Positions 52,799 to 63,218 of a stretch of DNA of 64,000 bases are shown here, piece by piece. Origin of the DNA: Planctomycetota bacterium. GTDB lineage: Bacteria; Planctomycetota; MHYJ01; WSZJ01. Numbering within the stretch: the first letter of the stretch is position 1; the number at the start of each line of letters is the position of its first letter. The stretch covers positions 64 to 64,063 of the forward strand of contig JACPRD010000189.1 of NCBI GenBank assembly GCA_016190145.1, read 5' to 3'. Made by a program: the position numbers and the translations under genes. The notes beneath the pieces were generated by a model that searched no databases, was not told where the DNA came from, and worked only from the letters and a program-made list of their open reading frames with translations.

Positions 52799-55441
52799 TC
52801 AGGCTCGCGGCAGGCGGGCGAGCATCAGGAGCCGGAATCCGGTGTGCGGGCTGGGCTGGGACTGGGAGGAGCTGGATCGGAAGGAGGCGAGGCAGCGCAG
52901 GCCGGTGCTGGCCCAGTGGCCGCCGCGCAACAGCCGGCAGTGCGGAAAAGCGGCTCCGGCGTCGTTGAGACACAGGTCGCGCGAATTCCCGGCCAGGCCG
53001 CGGACGCCGTACGGGGACTCGTCGTGCGGGAACGACTCGACGCCGGCCGGGTGGGCGCCTGACGGATCCGCCCGGTTGTTGCTGCACCAAGGGTCCGCCA
53101 TCAGGGTTCCCCAGGGATAGGGTCGCTGGTCGGCGCCGCGCGCGGCCTTTTCGCGTTCTACTTCATGCGGAAGTGTGACGAGGCGCCCCGTCCGGCGGCG
53201 CACCCATTCGGCGTAGGCCAGAGCGTCTTCCCAGGAGACGCCGAGGACGGGCCAGGATTCCTCCCAGTCCCTGGCCGTGCCGGGGAGCCGCCTCGCGCGG
53301 GCCCGGATATCCGGTTGCGCCTGCGCGAGCCACGCCGCGGTCGGGACGGACCAGGGTGGCCCGGGCCAGTACGGACCTTCAGGGCCACGGGGGACGTGGG
53401 GGACTGCGAGGGAAGGGTCGGTGCGCGCAAGGTCGTTGAGCCAGACGGCGTAGGCCGCGCAGGTGACGGGATGGCGGGCGATGAAATACTCCGCGACCGC
53501 GCGCAATTCCCGAGGGCCCGATTGCTTGTTCGCCGGATCTCCCTGGTAGGTGAACTCGCCCGCGGGGATCTGGACGAAGCCGCCCGGGAGTTCGGGAGAT
53601 TCGTACATCGTGACGACCTGCTCGATGTGGCGGGCCCGGTTGAAGACGACCGATGCGCGGACGGCACGCCGGCCGCCGGCGGCAATCACGAGCAGCCAGG
53701 AGCCTGGGGGAAGTGGCGCCGACTCCACGGGAGTCCGCCCCAGGTGGAGCCCCGGTCCCTCCGGTTTGAAAGGAGATTCCCCGGGAAACAGCTCCCTGAT
53801 CACGGGATCCGGGATGACCGGCGCGCCGGCGGTGCCGCCCTCGGGTGTGACCGGGAGCAGGAGGCCGTCTCTTTCCTCGAATCGGAACGCCCAGACGTCG
53901 GCCCCCGTGAGGGGAGCCGGGGGGCAGGAAGGCCCGTGTGCCTTCAGCCGCATCGGCTGCGCCCGCTCGAACGCCGTGATGCCCTGGGCATCCACGCGGC
54001 CGGAGGTCGACCCGCCTGAGAGCGGGTTGTACCCGAGATGGACGAGTTCGGCGGGCTGAAAGCTGCGGCCGTCGACGAGACAGCGGCAGGGGAACGCCTC
54101 CGTGCGGACCGACAGCGTGCCGTCGCCGCGGAGAGCGCCGCTGCCGCCTCCCTCGGGTACCGCCGCCATCGGAGTGGCGATCATGGGGTCCTTCACCGCC
54201 TGCACGTGCGTTCCCCCGGCCCCGGACAGGCCTTCGCGCTGCTCGAGGCTCTTCAGGAAGAGCCGGACCAGAGCGCCCAGCTCTCGAGCGTCGGCGTAGC
54301 GCCCCGAGGGATTGAGCGAAAGCGCTTTGCGGCAGATCGCGTCGATCGGGCTCGGCACCTCCGCTCCGAACGCAGAAGGCGGTTTGAGGGCTTTCGAGCG
54401 GATGTTCCCCAGAACCTCCGCGGCGGTTTCCCCGGGCCAGGGCAGATGCAGTGTCAGAATTTCGTACAGGATGACTCCCAGCGAGAAGACGTCGCCCCTC
54501 GGGTCCTTCGCCGCCACCCCGGACTCGAGTTCCTCCGGCGACATGTACGCCGGCGCCGGATCGCCCGGACTCTGTGCGCTCTCATCGCCGGAGGCGGGCG
54601 GAGAGCTGTCTCCTGGGGACCCGGCGGCCTGCCAGCCGGCGACGATCGTCTCTCCGGACGCCCCGACCAGGATGCCCGAGGGGCGCAACCCCCTGTGAAC
54701 GACCCCCGCGGCGTGCGCGAAGCCGATCCCGTCGCAGACGTCCAGGAACAGCCGCACCAGCTTCGATCGGTGCCACTCCCGGCGCGCCCTCTCGTTCCCG
54801 TGCTCCAGTCCCGTCAGCACGGCCGCGAGCGGCGTCCCCTCCATCCTCTTCAGCGCCAGAAACAGGCGCCGCTTCCCGTCCATTCCCGCCGCCTCGGGCG
54901 CGACCGCCAGCTGGAGAGGATCCGGTCCTTCTTCGCCGATCCCGCGCGCGCGGCGCAGCCGCTGGCGCAATCCGGCGGACGCCGTGTCCAGAGCCAGGAT
55001 GACGGCGGTGGTCGAGGTGTCCGAGGCCGGCGTGCGCGGGCGCCCGGCCGCGCCGATCGCGACATCCTCCCCGCCGCCCCCCAGGACCATCGTCCCGGAC
55101 CCGCGCGCCGGCCGGAGCATCTCCAGGATCCGCCTGAGCCCCGCCGGCGGTTTCGCCGCGAGAAGCTCCTCAATCATCACCGGATTCAACGGCGCGCGCG
55201 CCAGCGCGAGCGCGGCCTCGCCGTCGTTCCGCAGCAGGTGCGACTCGGCGATCGCCCGCACCGCCGACATCTCGCGCGCCGAAACCTGTCCCTCGGACTG
55301 CAGGCGGTCGGTCAGCCCGCGCGATGGATCGGCCTCCCAGCCGGCGGCGCAGGCGACGAGCGTCTCCTTCGTGACGAACATCATCTGGAGGGCGAGAAGT
55401 CCCTCGAGAATCTGCTGTTCGCGCGGAATCGGCTTGTTCAC
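52799..55441 (-). CDS. degenerate Ser/Thr kinase-like (pseudokinase) protein fused to FGE-sulfatase domain
   Basis: The C-lobe is recognisable (VHRGLRPSGILV, APAYMSPEE, DVFSLGVILYEILT), but HRD is HRG, DFG/DWG is AGW, and there is no GxGxxG or VAIK lysine. The C-terminal FGE-sulfatase fold is present (RGGHW...GFRLL). Confidence 0.75.
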   Translation of the reverse strand: MNKPIPREQQILEGLLALQMMFVTKETLVACAAGWEADPSRGLTDRLQSEGQVSAREMSAVRAIAESHLLRNDGEAALALARAPLNPVMIEELLAAKPPAGLRRILEMLRPARGSGTMVLGGGGEDVAIGAAGRPRTPASDTSTTAVILALDTASAGLRQRLRRARGIGEEGPDPLQLAVAPEAAGMDGKRRLFLALKRMEGTPLAAVLTGLEHGNERARREWHRSKLVRLFLDVCDGIGFAHAAGVVHRGLRPSGILVGASGETIVAGWQAAGSPGDSSPPASGDESAQSPGDPAPAYMSPEELESGVAAKDPRGDVFSLGVILYEILTLHLPWPGETAAEVLGNIRSKALKPPSAFGAEVPSPIDAICRKALSLNPSGRYADARELGALVRLFLKSLEQREGLSGAGGTHVQAVKDPMIATPMAAVPEGGGSGALRGDGTLSVRTEAFPCRCLVDGRSFQPAELVHLGYNPLSGGSTSGRVDAQGITAFERAQPMRLKAHGPSCPPAPLTGADVWAFRFEERDGLLLPVTPEGGTAGAPVIPDPVIRELFPGESPFKPEGPGLHLGRTPVESAPLPPGSWLLVIAAGGRRAVRASVVFNRARHIEQVVTMYESPELPGGFVQIPAGEFTYQGDPANKQSGPRELRAVAEYFIARHPVTCAAYAVWLNDLARTDPSLAVPHVPRGPEGPYWPGPPWSVPTAAWLAQAQPDIRARARRLPGTARDWEESWPVLGVSWEDALAYAEWVRRRTGRLVTLPHEVEREKAARGADQRPYPWGTLMADPWCSNNRADPSGAHPAGVESFPHDESPYGVRGLAGNSRDLCLNDAGAAFPHCRLLRGGHWASTGLRCLASFRSSSSQSQPSPHTGFRLLMLARLPRA

Positions 55442-55516
55442 GAACGTCCCTCATTGATTCCGGCAGGCCGCCGGTACCCCCCTGATCCCCAGTGGCACGA
55501 TACCACCCCGGCGCGC

Positions 55517-57175
55517 TCAGACCCCGGATCTGCCTGCCATCGGAACGCGGATTCCGTTTCGGCGCGCCGCCCTCGCCGCCTCCCCGTACCCGGCGTCCGC
55601 GTGCCGCGCAATCCCGATCCCCGGATCGTTCGTGAGCACGAGCTGCGCCCGCTTCGCCGACTTCGCCGACCCGTCCACGCACAGGACCTGCCCCGCGTGA
55701 ATCGAGTACCCGATGCCGACGCCGCCGCCATGATGGACGGAAACCCACGTCGCGCCGCTCGACGTGTTGAGAAGCGCGTTCAGCACCGGCCAGTCGGCGA
55801 TCGCGTCGGAGCCGTCCTTCATCGCCTCGGTCTCCCGGTTGGGGGAAGCGACGCTGCCCGTGTCGAGGTGGTCTCTTCCAATCACGAACGGCGCCTTCAC
55901 TTTCTTCTTTGCGACGAGCCTGTTGAGGAGGGCGCCGAAGCGGGCGCGTTCGCCCTGGCCGAGCCAGCAGATGCGGGCGGGGAGGCCCTGGAAGCGGACT
56001 TTCTCGCGGGCCATGCGGATCCAGTGGGCGAGGGACTCGTTGTCGCCGAATTCCCTGAGGACGAGGTCATCGGTGACGGCGATGTCGGCGGGGTCGCCGG
56101 AGAGGGCGGCCCAGCGGAAGGGGCCGCGGCCCTCGCAGAAGAGGGGGCGGACGTAGGCGGGGACGAAGCCGGGGTAATCGAACGCGTTGGCGACGCCGGC
56201 GAGTTTCGCCTGGCCGCGGAGGTTGTTGCCGTAGTCGAAGGCGACGGCGCCTGCGGCCTGCATGTCGATCATGGCGCGGCAGTGGGCGGCCATGGCGGCC
56301 ATCGACTTCTTTACGTATTCCTGCGGGTCCCGGCCGCGCAGTTCGACGGCCTCGGTGAGGGTCATGCCGTTGGGGACGTAGCCGTTCAGGGCGTCGTGGG
56401 CGCTGGTCTGGTCGGTGACGACATCGGGGATGATGTTGCGCTGGACGAGCTCGGGGAAGATGTCGGCGGCATTTCCGACGAGCCCGACGGAGACCGGCTT
56501 CTTCGCGGCCTTCGCGTCCTCGGTCCAGCGCAGCGCCTCGTCGAGCGACCCCGTCATCCGGTCGCAGTATTCCTTCTCGATGCGCCGCCGGATGCGCGCG
56601 GGGTCGACTTCCACCGTCAGGATCGCGGCGCCCGCCATCGTCCCCGCCAGCGGCTGCGCGCCGCCCATGCCGCCCATGCCGCCCGTGAGCACGAACCGGC
56701 CCGCGAGCGTCCCGCCGAAATGCTTCCGGCCCGCCGCCGCGAACGTCTCGTACGTGCCCTGGAGAATCCCCTGCGTCCCGATGTAGATCCACGACCCCGC
56801 CGTCATCTGGCCGAACATCGTGAGACCGAGCGCCTCCAGGCGGCGGAACTCGTCCCACGTCGCCCAGTGCGGCACCAGCAGCGAATTCGCAATCAGCACG
56901 CGCGGCGCCATGTCGTGCGTGCGGAAGACGCCGACGGGCTTGCCGCTCTGGATGAGTAGCGATTCGTCGTCGCGCAGCGTCCTGAGCGTCTTCAGGATCG
57001 CCTTGAGGCACGCCTCGTTCCGCGCGGCCTTGCCGCTGCCGCCGTAGACGACGAGCCGCTCCGGCGCCTCCGCGACCTCCGGGTCGAGATTGTTCTGCAG
57101 CATCCGGAACGGAGCTTCGGTCTGCCAGGACCGGCACGAGCGTTTCGTGCCCCGGGGTGCGCGGATCGGTTTCAT
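55517..57175 (-). CDS. hutU: urocanate hydratase
   Basis: 552 aa, collinear with Hut[49 protein letters not shown]. Confidence 0.9.
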   Translation of the reverse strand: MKPIRAPRGTKRSCRSWQTEAPFRMLQNNLDPEVAEAPERLVVYGGSGKAARNEACLKAILKTLRTLRDDESLLIQSGKPVGVFRTHDMAPRVLIANSLLVPHWATWDEFRRLEALGLTMFGQMTAGSWIYIGTQGILQGTYETFAAAGRKHFGGTLAGRFVLTGGMGGMGGAQPLAGTMAGAAILTVEVDPARIRRRIEKEYCDRMTGSLDEALRWTEDAKAAKKPVSVGLVGNAADIFPELVQRNIIPDVVTDQTSAHDALNGYVPNGMTLTEAVELRGRDPQEYVKKSMAAMAAHCRAMIDMQAAGAVAFDYGNNLRGQAKLAGVANAFDYPGFVPAYVRPLFCEGRGPFRWAALSGDPADIAVTDDLVLREFGDNESLAHWIRMAREKVRFQGLPARICWLGQGERARFGALLNRLVAKKKVKAPFVIGRDHLDTGSVASPNRETEAMKDGSDAIADWPVLNALLNTSSGATWVSVHHGGGVGIGYSIHAGQVLCVDGSAKSAKRAQLVLTNDPGIGIARHADAGYGEAARAARRNGIRVPMAGRSGV

Positions 57176-57247
57176 GCCGCCGGATTGTCGCCGCGACCCG
57201 CGCCGCGCGGAAGCAAATCGTCCCCGCCTCTCCGTTCCGGCCGGAGA

Positions 57248-58585
57248 CTACTCCCGCGCGCCCCGGATCAGCTCGTCCACCACGTCCATGAGCAGCTTCG
57301 ACACGATGCGGATCGGAAGCGGCCGTGCGCTCGGATCCGACCAGGTCCCCTTCACCTCGACGGCGAGCAGGAAGTTCCGCGTGAAGAAGTCCGTCGCCGG
57401 GCGCGCGGCCTCGCGCACGGTTTCGATGCCGAGCGGGAGCTCGCCGATGAGGCGGAGTATGAAGGTGAGGTCGACCTCGTGGGCTTTGAAGAGCACGTCG
57501 CCGTCGCCGGCGAGGCAGATGCCTTCGGTGAGGACGTAGAAGCGGTCGAAACGGAGGCGGTCGTCGAGGACGCGGAAATCCGTGCGGCAGGCGTTCACGA
57601 GGGCGTCGCCGGGGAGCTTGAGCCGGAGCACGTTGAGCACGGAGAGCAGGACGGGCAGTTCCGTGAGGCGGCCGTCCGCGACGTCGATCCAGCCCGCGCC
57701 GACGGCCTTGCCGCCGCCGCTTCGGTCTCCCTCGAGCGAGAGGAACCCGTCGAGCCGGCCTTCGAGGTGTTTTCCTTCAAGCGTCGTGCCGCGCGTCATT
57801 TCCCTGACGTTTCCGCCGGCGACGTTGATCTGCATGGCCCAGCCTTCGCCTTTCTCGCGGCCGACGAAACCCGAGAGCGACGCGCGCCCGCCGAATCCCT
57901 GCGCCTGGACGGTGGTAAACGTGAATCTCTGTCGGCTCACGTGCAGGTCGGCGTTGACCTTTCCGAACACGGTGGCGACGTAAGGGGCGCTGAAGCGGAT
58001 CTGGCCGTCCTCGACCTGGATGGTCTCGGGGAGCTTGAGCGGGTTGGGGGAAGGCGGCGGGGCTTCCGGCGGGCGGCGCAGCGCGCGCTCGATGTCGAGG
58101 CGGCCTTCGTCGTTGAGCACCGCGGACACGTCGGGGCGGATGACGCGCATGGAGGAGACCGCGGGTTTCCCGAAACCCACGAGCGGCCGGTCGAGCCGGA
58201 TGCGCACTTCGTCGGCCTCGCCGAGCAACCGGCCCTCGCGATCGGTGAGCCTGAGCTTGCGCAAGACGATGGTCTTCCAGCCGACACTGGCGCTTCGGAT
58301 CTCGAGCCGCGCGTAGGAGTGCGACGCGAGCCACCCGGAAATGTGGTTCCGGACGGCGAGCGGTACGATCCACCACTTGGCGATCAGGACGCTCGCGACA
58401 ACGAATACCCCGGTGCCGGTGAGGATCCGGTAGAAAAGACGGCGCCGCCGCGGCGGCGGCGCTTCGGGCCTCCCCTGCCATCGTTCCGGGTCGATTCCCT
58501 GCATGGCAAAACCACGAGCAAGGCTCATGCCCTGCGAGGCGCCCCCGGCGAAGCACCCGCCGGCCGCGCCCGGGTCAGTAGACAT
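57248..58585 (-). CDS. AsmA-like membrane-anchored protein
   Basis: N-terminal TM anchor, long beta-rich body, and a C-terminal VEVKGTWSDPS motif typical of AsmA-family ends. Start uncertain (several ATGs in the first 30 codons). Confidence 0.5.
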   Translation of the reverse strand: MSTDPGAAGGCFAGGASQGMSLARGFAMQGIDPERWQGRPEAPPPRRRRLFYRILTGTGVFVVASVLIAKWWIVPLAVRNHISGWLASHSYARLEIRSASVGWKTIVLRKLRLTDREGRLLGEADEVRIRLDRPLVGFGKPAVSSMRVIRPDVSAVLNDEGRLDIERALRRPPEAPPPSPNPLKLPETIQVEDGQIRFSAPYVATVFGKVNADLHVSRQRFTFTTVQAQGFGGRASLSGFVGREKGEGWAMQINVAGGNVREMTRGTTLEGKHLEGRLDGFLSLEGDRSGGGKAVGAGWIDVADGRLTELPVLLSVLNVLRLKLPGDALVNACRTDFRVLDDRLRFDRFYVLTEGICLAGDGDVLFKAHEVDLTFILRLIGELPLGIETVREAARPATDFFTRNFLLAVEVKGTWSDPSARPLPIRIVSKLLMDVVDELIRGARE

Positions 58586-58727
58586 TGCCCGGCGCGGGGA
58601 GTTCTTGCCGGTTCTTGCGAAGAGCGTCCAGCGGTCCGGGCTGCCTTCCCGGAATCACGTTTCATTCTGCGCCGATGCGCGCCCGCGGGTACCATCGCTC
58701 CGGTTTCCCGAAAACCCGGAGTCCACG

Positions 58728-59642
58728 GTGTCCTCAGCCCAACCGAACCGCCGCATCCCCGTCACCTGCTCGTGCGGCGCCACGTTCACAGTGGATGCAA
58801 AATTCGCGGGGCGAATGGGAACCTGCCCGAAATGCCGCCAGGCCCTGCTCGTGCCGGCGCCGGGAACCGGCTGCCCGAAATGCGGGTCCCTGGTGCCGCC
58901 CGACGAACTCTTCTGCCCGGGTTGCGGCGAAATGCTGCCGCCGGTGGAGCCTGAAGCGCCCGCGGCGCCGCGGCTGAGGTCGTCGCCGGACACTCCGACC
59001 GAGGTCGGTCCCGCGCCGGCACCCCGGCGTCGGCCGGACAACCGCCCGACGGAGATCGAGCGCGCTCCCGCGGTCGCCGCGAAACCCCCGCCCGCGGCAA
59101 TCCAGGCGCCCGCCTCCCCGGCCGCCGCGCCGGCGCCGCCGGAGGAACCGGCCGCGGCGCCCGTACCCGCACGGCGCACCCCGGTCCTCCGGAACAAACT
59201 CGCCGAACTCGACGCGCCCCGCCGGCCCCTCGCCCTCCGCCTCGTCGTCTTCCTGGTCTTCGCCGGCGGTGGCAGCGTCGGCGCCTTCTACCTCGGCCGC
59301 TCCACCTTCCAGCCCCTGATCGCCCGGCACGCCGCCGCCGAAGCCGCCGCGCGCCAGGGCGAATGGCCCCCCGCCGTCCTCGAGAAACTCCGCGACCGCG
59401 TCACCGAACTTTCAGAAACCGTCGACCCCCTTTACCCCAACGCACCCCTGACCCCCGAACAGATCGCCCTCCACAAGACGCTCGACGGTGAATTCGTCCG
59501 GCTGAAAAAGGAGAGTCAGGAAGCGGAGAAGCGCCGCGAAGAGGCCCACACGCGGACTCAGAACTGGCAGGTCGCGTGGTACGGCTACATCGCGCTTCTC
59601 GGGATTCTGCTGGGCGCGTTGGGCTGGCGGATCTCAGGGTGA
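58728..59642 (+). CDS. zinc-ribbon protein with Pro/Ala-rich linker and C-terminal TM helices
   Basis: GTG start with GGAG 6 nt upstream, inside ORF 58503..59642. CSCG...CPKC and CPKCG...CPGCG ribbons. Two hydrophobic helices. Confidence 0.5.
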   Translation: MSSAQPNRRIPVTCSCGATFTVDAKFAGRMGTCPKCRQALLVPAPGTGCPKCGSLVPPDELFCPGCGEMLPPVEPEAPAAPRLRSSPDTPTEVGPAPAPRRRPDNRPTEIERAPAVAAKPPPAAIQAPASPAAAPAPPEEPAAAPVPARRTPVLRNKLAELDAPRRPLALRLVVFLVFAGGGSVGAFYLGRSTFQPLIARHAAAEAAARQGEWPPAVLEKLRDRVTELSETVDPLYPNAPLTPEQIALHKTLDGEFVRLKKESQEAEKRREEAHTRTQNWQVAWYGYIALLGILLGALGWRISG

Positions 59643-59669
59643 AGCGGCTGGCCGGCACCGCGGTCGCTT

Positions 59670-60260
59670 CTACTTCTTTCTCGTGTACGTCAGCTCCATC
59701 ACCTTGTGTTCCTTGTCCTTCTCTCCGAAGAACATATCGAATACGAACTGGTCGTCGGACTTCTGCGTGTGCACCCAGCGCGTCGTGACCTGGACGCCCG
59801 CCTCGGGCTCGGACATCTTTCCCGACAGCACGATCGTCTTGCCTCCGTCCTCGCTCGTGCCGGTCAAAAACGTCGCGCTCGTGGACAGGTTGTCGATCCA
59901 GTGCTCCGTGTACCTCTTCGTCACCCGGTCGTACCCGAGGATGGCCGTTCCCTTGTACGTCATGCCCATCATCGCGCCCTCGTAGTCCTGCTGCACGAAC
60001 CGGCCGTCCATGATCGAGGTCATCGTCGCGGTCCCCTTCGATTCCACCGCTTCCGCCCCCGGCTCCATCCAGAACTTGCCCGACACCTCGTACTTCCCGG
60101 CCAGCTTCGCCAGCGCCGCGTGCTCGGGCCCCGGCTGCATCGTCTCGGGCATCGCCCCCTCCCCGCCGCCTTCCTTGCCCTCCTCGGACAGCAGCGGACG
60201 CGCGGCCAGCAGGCCCGCCACGAGCGCCACGGGCAGCAACAGCAGGACCTTGATCTTCAT
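59670..60260 (-). CDS. DUF1579 domain-containing secreted protein
   Basis: Signal peptide. The GKYEVSGKFWMEPG...MDGRFVQQDYEG...GYDRVTKRYTEHWIDN pattern is typical of DUF1579. Confidence 0.75.
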   Translation of the reverse strand: MKIKVLLLLPVALVAGLLAARPLLSEEGKEGGGEGAMPETMQPGPEHAALAKLAGKYEVSGKFWMEPGAEAVESKGTATMTSIMDGRFVQQDYEGAMMGMTYKGTAILGYDRVTKRYTEHWIDNLSTSATFLTGTSEDGGKTIVLSGKMSEPEAGVQVTTRWVHTQKSDDQFVFDMFFGEKDKEHKVMELTYTRKK

Positions 60261-60378
60261 CGCGGGTTCTCCTTTGAGTTTTGGGGAAGCGGAAGAGGAT
60301 GCGCGGAGAGCCCCGGCAATTCAAGTCCAAAGGGGCTGCACCCGCCCCGCGGATCCCGTAACTGAACGACGCTTCCAC

Positions 60379-60412
60379 CACGAGAAACGATGAACGCGAA
60401 ACGATGAACGAC
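60379..60412. repeat. CTCGTT-family repeats (reverse orientation) in a divergent intergenic region
   Basis: cacgagaaacgatgaacgcgaaacgatgaacgacc. Confidence 0.5.
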
Positions 60413-60473
60413 CTTCGCCGCGTACTTCCCGATGGCTTCGGCCCAACCGAAACGATATGCTGCCCGCCCTTCC

Positions 60474-61823
60474 ATGAAACCCCAGCCGCCGCCCGACCCC
60501 GCTCGCTTCGAAGATCTCGGCCTCGTCGAACCCCTGCTCCAGGCCATCCGCGAGGAAGGCTACACGGCTCCGACGCCGATCCAGGCCCGGGCCATTCCGC
60601 ACGCCCTCGCCGGGAAGGACCTCATGGGCTGCGCCCAGACCGGCACGGGCAAGACCGCGGCCTTCGCCCTTCCCATCCTCCAGCGCCTGATGCGCGTTCC
60701 GGCTCCGAAGCCGCGGCACATCCGGGCGCTCATTCTCTCGCCGACGCGCGAGCTGGCGAGCCAGATCGGCGAGTCGTTCGGGGCTTACGGGCGCCACGCC
60801 GGGCTCGTGCACACCGTGGTCTACGGCGGGGTGGGGCAGGGCTCGCAGACGAAGGCTATCCGGGCCGGCGTGGACATCCTGGTCGCGACGCCGGGGCGGC
60901 TGCTCGACCTGATGGGGCAGGGCTTCATCCGCCTGAACGGCGTTGAGGTGCTGGTGCTGGACGAAGCGGACCGGATGCTGGACATGGGGTTCATCTTCGA
61001 CGTGAAGCGGATCATCAACGCGGTACCGCTGTCGCGGCAGACGTTTTTCTTCAGCGCGACGCTGACGCACGACGCGACGGACCTGGCGCGGGAGATCCTG
61101 CACGAGCCGCTTCGGATCGACGTGGCGCCTTCGGCGACGACGGTGGAGAAGGTGCAGCAGTGGGTGTATTTCGTGGAGAAGAGCCGGAAGGCGCGGCTGC
61201 TGGAGCAGATCCTGAGGGATCCGGCCATCGTGCGCGTGCTGGTCTTCACGAAGACGAAGCATGGGGCGAACCGCGTCGCGGAGGAACTGAATCGCGGGCC
61301 GGTGCGCGCGGACGTCATTCACTCGAACCGGAGCCAGTCGGCGCGCGAGCGGTCGCTGGAACATTTCCGATCAGGCGAAACGAGGGTCCTGGTGGCGACG
61401 GACATCGCGGCGCGCGGGATCGACGTGGACGGGATCACGCACGTGGTGAACTACGACGTGCCGCACGAGTCCGAGGTCTACGTGCACCGGATCGGGCGCA
61501 CGGCGCGGGCGGGGGCGGCGGGCGTGGCGCTGACGCTGTGCGATCGCGACGAGCGCGGGATGCTGCGCGACATCGAGAACCTGATCCGGATGAAGATTCC
61601 CGAAGTGGGGCCGCACCCGGCGGGGCCGGGCGCCGGGCCGTCCGCCGCGCCGGGCGCGGCTCCTCACGTCGCGGCGCCGCACCACGCCGCGCCGCACCAC
61701 GCCGCGCATGCGCCGGCGCACGCCGCGCCGCACCGCGCGGTCGCCCATCCGGCGCCGCCGCCGGCGCCGCAGGCGCCCTCCACGCGCGGCCGACTCCGCC
61801 AGCGCCGCTACAACCCGCGATAG
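60474..61823 (+). CDS. rhlE: DEAD-box ATP-dependent RNA helicase with His/Ala/Pro-rich tail
   Basis: Q motif TPIQ, AQTGTGKT, PTRELA, DEAD, SAT, HRIGRTARAG. The start could also be 60432. Confidence 0.85.
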   Translation: MKPQPPPDPARFEDLGLVEPLLQAIREEGYTAPTPIQARAIPHALAGKDLMGCAQTGTGKTAAFALPILQRLMRVPAPKPRHIRALILSPTRELASQIGESFGAYGRHAGLVHTVVYGGVGQGSQTKAIRAGVDILVATPGRLLDLMGQGFIRLNGVEVLVLDEADRMLDMGFIFDVKRIINAVPLSRQTFFFSATLTHDATDLAREILHEPLRIDVAPSATTVEKVQQWVYFVEKSRKARLLEQILRDPAIVRVLVFTKTKHGANRVAEELNRGPVRADVIHSNRSQSARERSLEHFRSGETRVLVATDIAARGIDVDGITHVVNYDVPHESEVYVHRIGRTARAGAAGVALTLCDRDERGMLRDIENLIRMKIPEVGPHPAGPGAGPSAAPGAAPHVAAPHHAAPHHAAHAPAHAAPHRAVAHPAPPPAPQAPSTRGRLRQRRYNPR

Positions 61824-61858
61824 AGCGGGTGCATGACCGGGTCTGCGGCAGGGTCGGC

Positions 61859-63085
61859 CTACCTGAATTCCATCGCCGTGTAGCTCACGACCTCGTGGTT
61901 TTCGAGGTCCGCGAACCGGTCGTACTTCACCAGTTTTCCCCTGGATGCATCCATCGCCGCGAGCATCGTCGTGATCGGCGAGAGCCCGCAGATCTTCCGC
62001 CAGTCGCCACCCTGCGCGATGGAGCGGAAGAATCCCGGGGCGTCGACGGCGGCGGCCTTCTCGAGCGAGGCGAGATCCTCTTCCTCGATCTTCTTCAGCA
62101 GGTCCTCCGTGACCGGTTCGCGGTCGCCGAACTTGGCGCCCACGTGCGCGAGGTCCACGGCGCCGATGAAGCAGACGCTGCGGCCGTCGACGGTTTGACG
62201 CAGTGCGTCAACGAAGTCCCGGATCTCGGGGTCGGCCAGCGGGTCCGATTTCTTCGCGACGTGCCCGTGCATCGAGCTCACCAGAACCGGGACGATCCGG
62301 AACGGGCGGTCCCCGAACAGCCACTTGAGGCACACGGCCTGGAATTCGATCGAGTGCTCCGTCCTGTGGAAGTACTCGTCTGCGAACAGGTCCCGGCCGT
62401 ACCGCTTCGCCAGCTCGTCCACGAACTCTCCGTCGACCGGCGCGGGCCCGAGCGGCGTCTCGTACGCCTTCTTCGTGGCCGTGTAGAGGCTGCGCGGGCT
62501 CTGGTGCGCCGTGCCCAGGATCACGAACGTGTCCGCGCTGCACGCGGAGGCCAGCGCGCCGTAAGCGTGCGCGTAGCACGCGCCCCCGCGGTGGAAATCG
62601 ATGTGCGGTGCCAGGATCCCCCGGATCTTCCCAGGCTTCACGGACCTGGGCGGCGCCTTCCCCGGCCCCCGCGGATCCTTCCAGAACTTCGACAGGAAGC
62701 CCGGCAGCTCGGACGCCTCCGCCGTGTAAGCGCCCGTGTGCGACGCCGGCCGGGTCGGCGCCTCCGTGAAGTCCCTCACCACCCGGCGGCGCCTCTCCTC
62801 GAACGCCGGCGACTCGAGGTACCCGGCGCCGTCCAGCTCGCGGATCAGCCCCTCCACGTCCTCCGCCGGAACGTCGTGGCCCGTCGCGCGCCGGAACTCC
62901 TCGCGCATCTGCTCCACCGTGTGGCGCCCGTCGAACATCTGGAGCAGGTAGGCGCCGTAAAGCGTGATCGGATAGACGCGCTCGGCGAATCCCTGCGGGT
63001 CGGTGAGGAGGATGAACCGCTGTCCGTCGTGCACGTGGCTCTGGGGTTCCACGTAGCGCAGAAGGGGGCGGAGGGAGGAGGGCAT
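61859..63085 (-). CDS. MEMO1 / AmmeMemoRadiSam system protein B family protein
   Basis: ILAPHIDFHRGG, FVILGTAHQS, DLAHVG motifs. Start at MPSSLRP inside ORF 61859..63169. Confidence 0.75.
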   Translation of the reverse strand: MPSSLRPLLRYVEPQSHVHDGQRFILLTDPQGFAERVYPITLYGAYLLQMFDGRHTVEQMREEFRRATGHDVPAEDVEGLIRELDGAGYLESPAFEERRRRVVRDFTEAPTRPASHTGAYTAEASELPGFLSKFWKDPRGPGKAPPRSVKPGKIRGILAPHIDFHRGGACYAHAYGALASACSADTFVILGTAHQSPRSLYTATKKAYETPLGPAPVDGEFVDELAKRYGRDLFADEYFHRTEHSIEFQAVCLKWLFGDRPFRIVPVLVSSMHGHVAKKSDPLADPEIRDFVDALRQTVDGRSVCFIGAVDLAHVGAKFGDREPVTEDLLKKIEEEDLASLEKAAAVDAPGFFRSIAQGGDWRKICGLSPITTMLAAMDASRGKLVKYDRFADLENHEVVSYTAMEFR

Positions 63086-63218
63086 AGGCGGGGGATTGTA
63101 TCCGGTTTGCCGGGGATCCGAGGTTGCCGGCGAGCCCGCTTCAGCTATACTCCCCGCCCCTCCCCCCAAAGTTGGAGCGCGCGCGATGCGCCCTCCACGC
63201 CTCTAAAGGACGCTTCAC

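Noticed and set aside
61620-61770. Repetitive His/Ala/Pro-coding DNA at the 3' end of the helicase gene.
   Set aside because: It is an in-frame low-complexity C-terminal tail (AAPHHAAPHHAAHAPAHAAPH), common in RhlE-like helicases, and not a separate feature.
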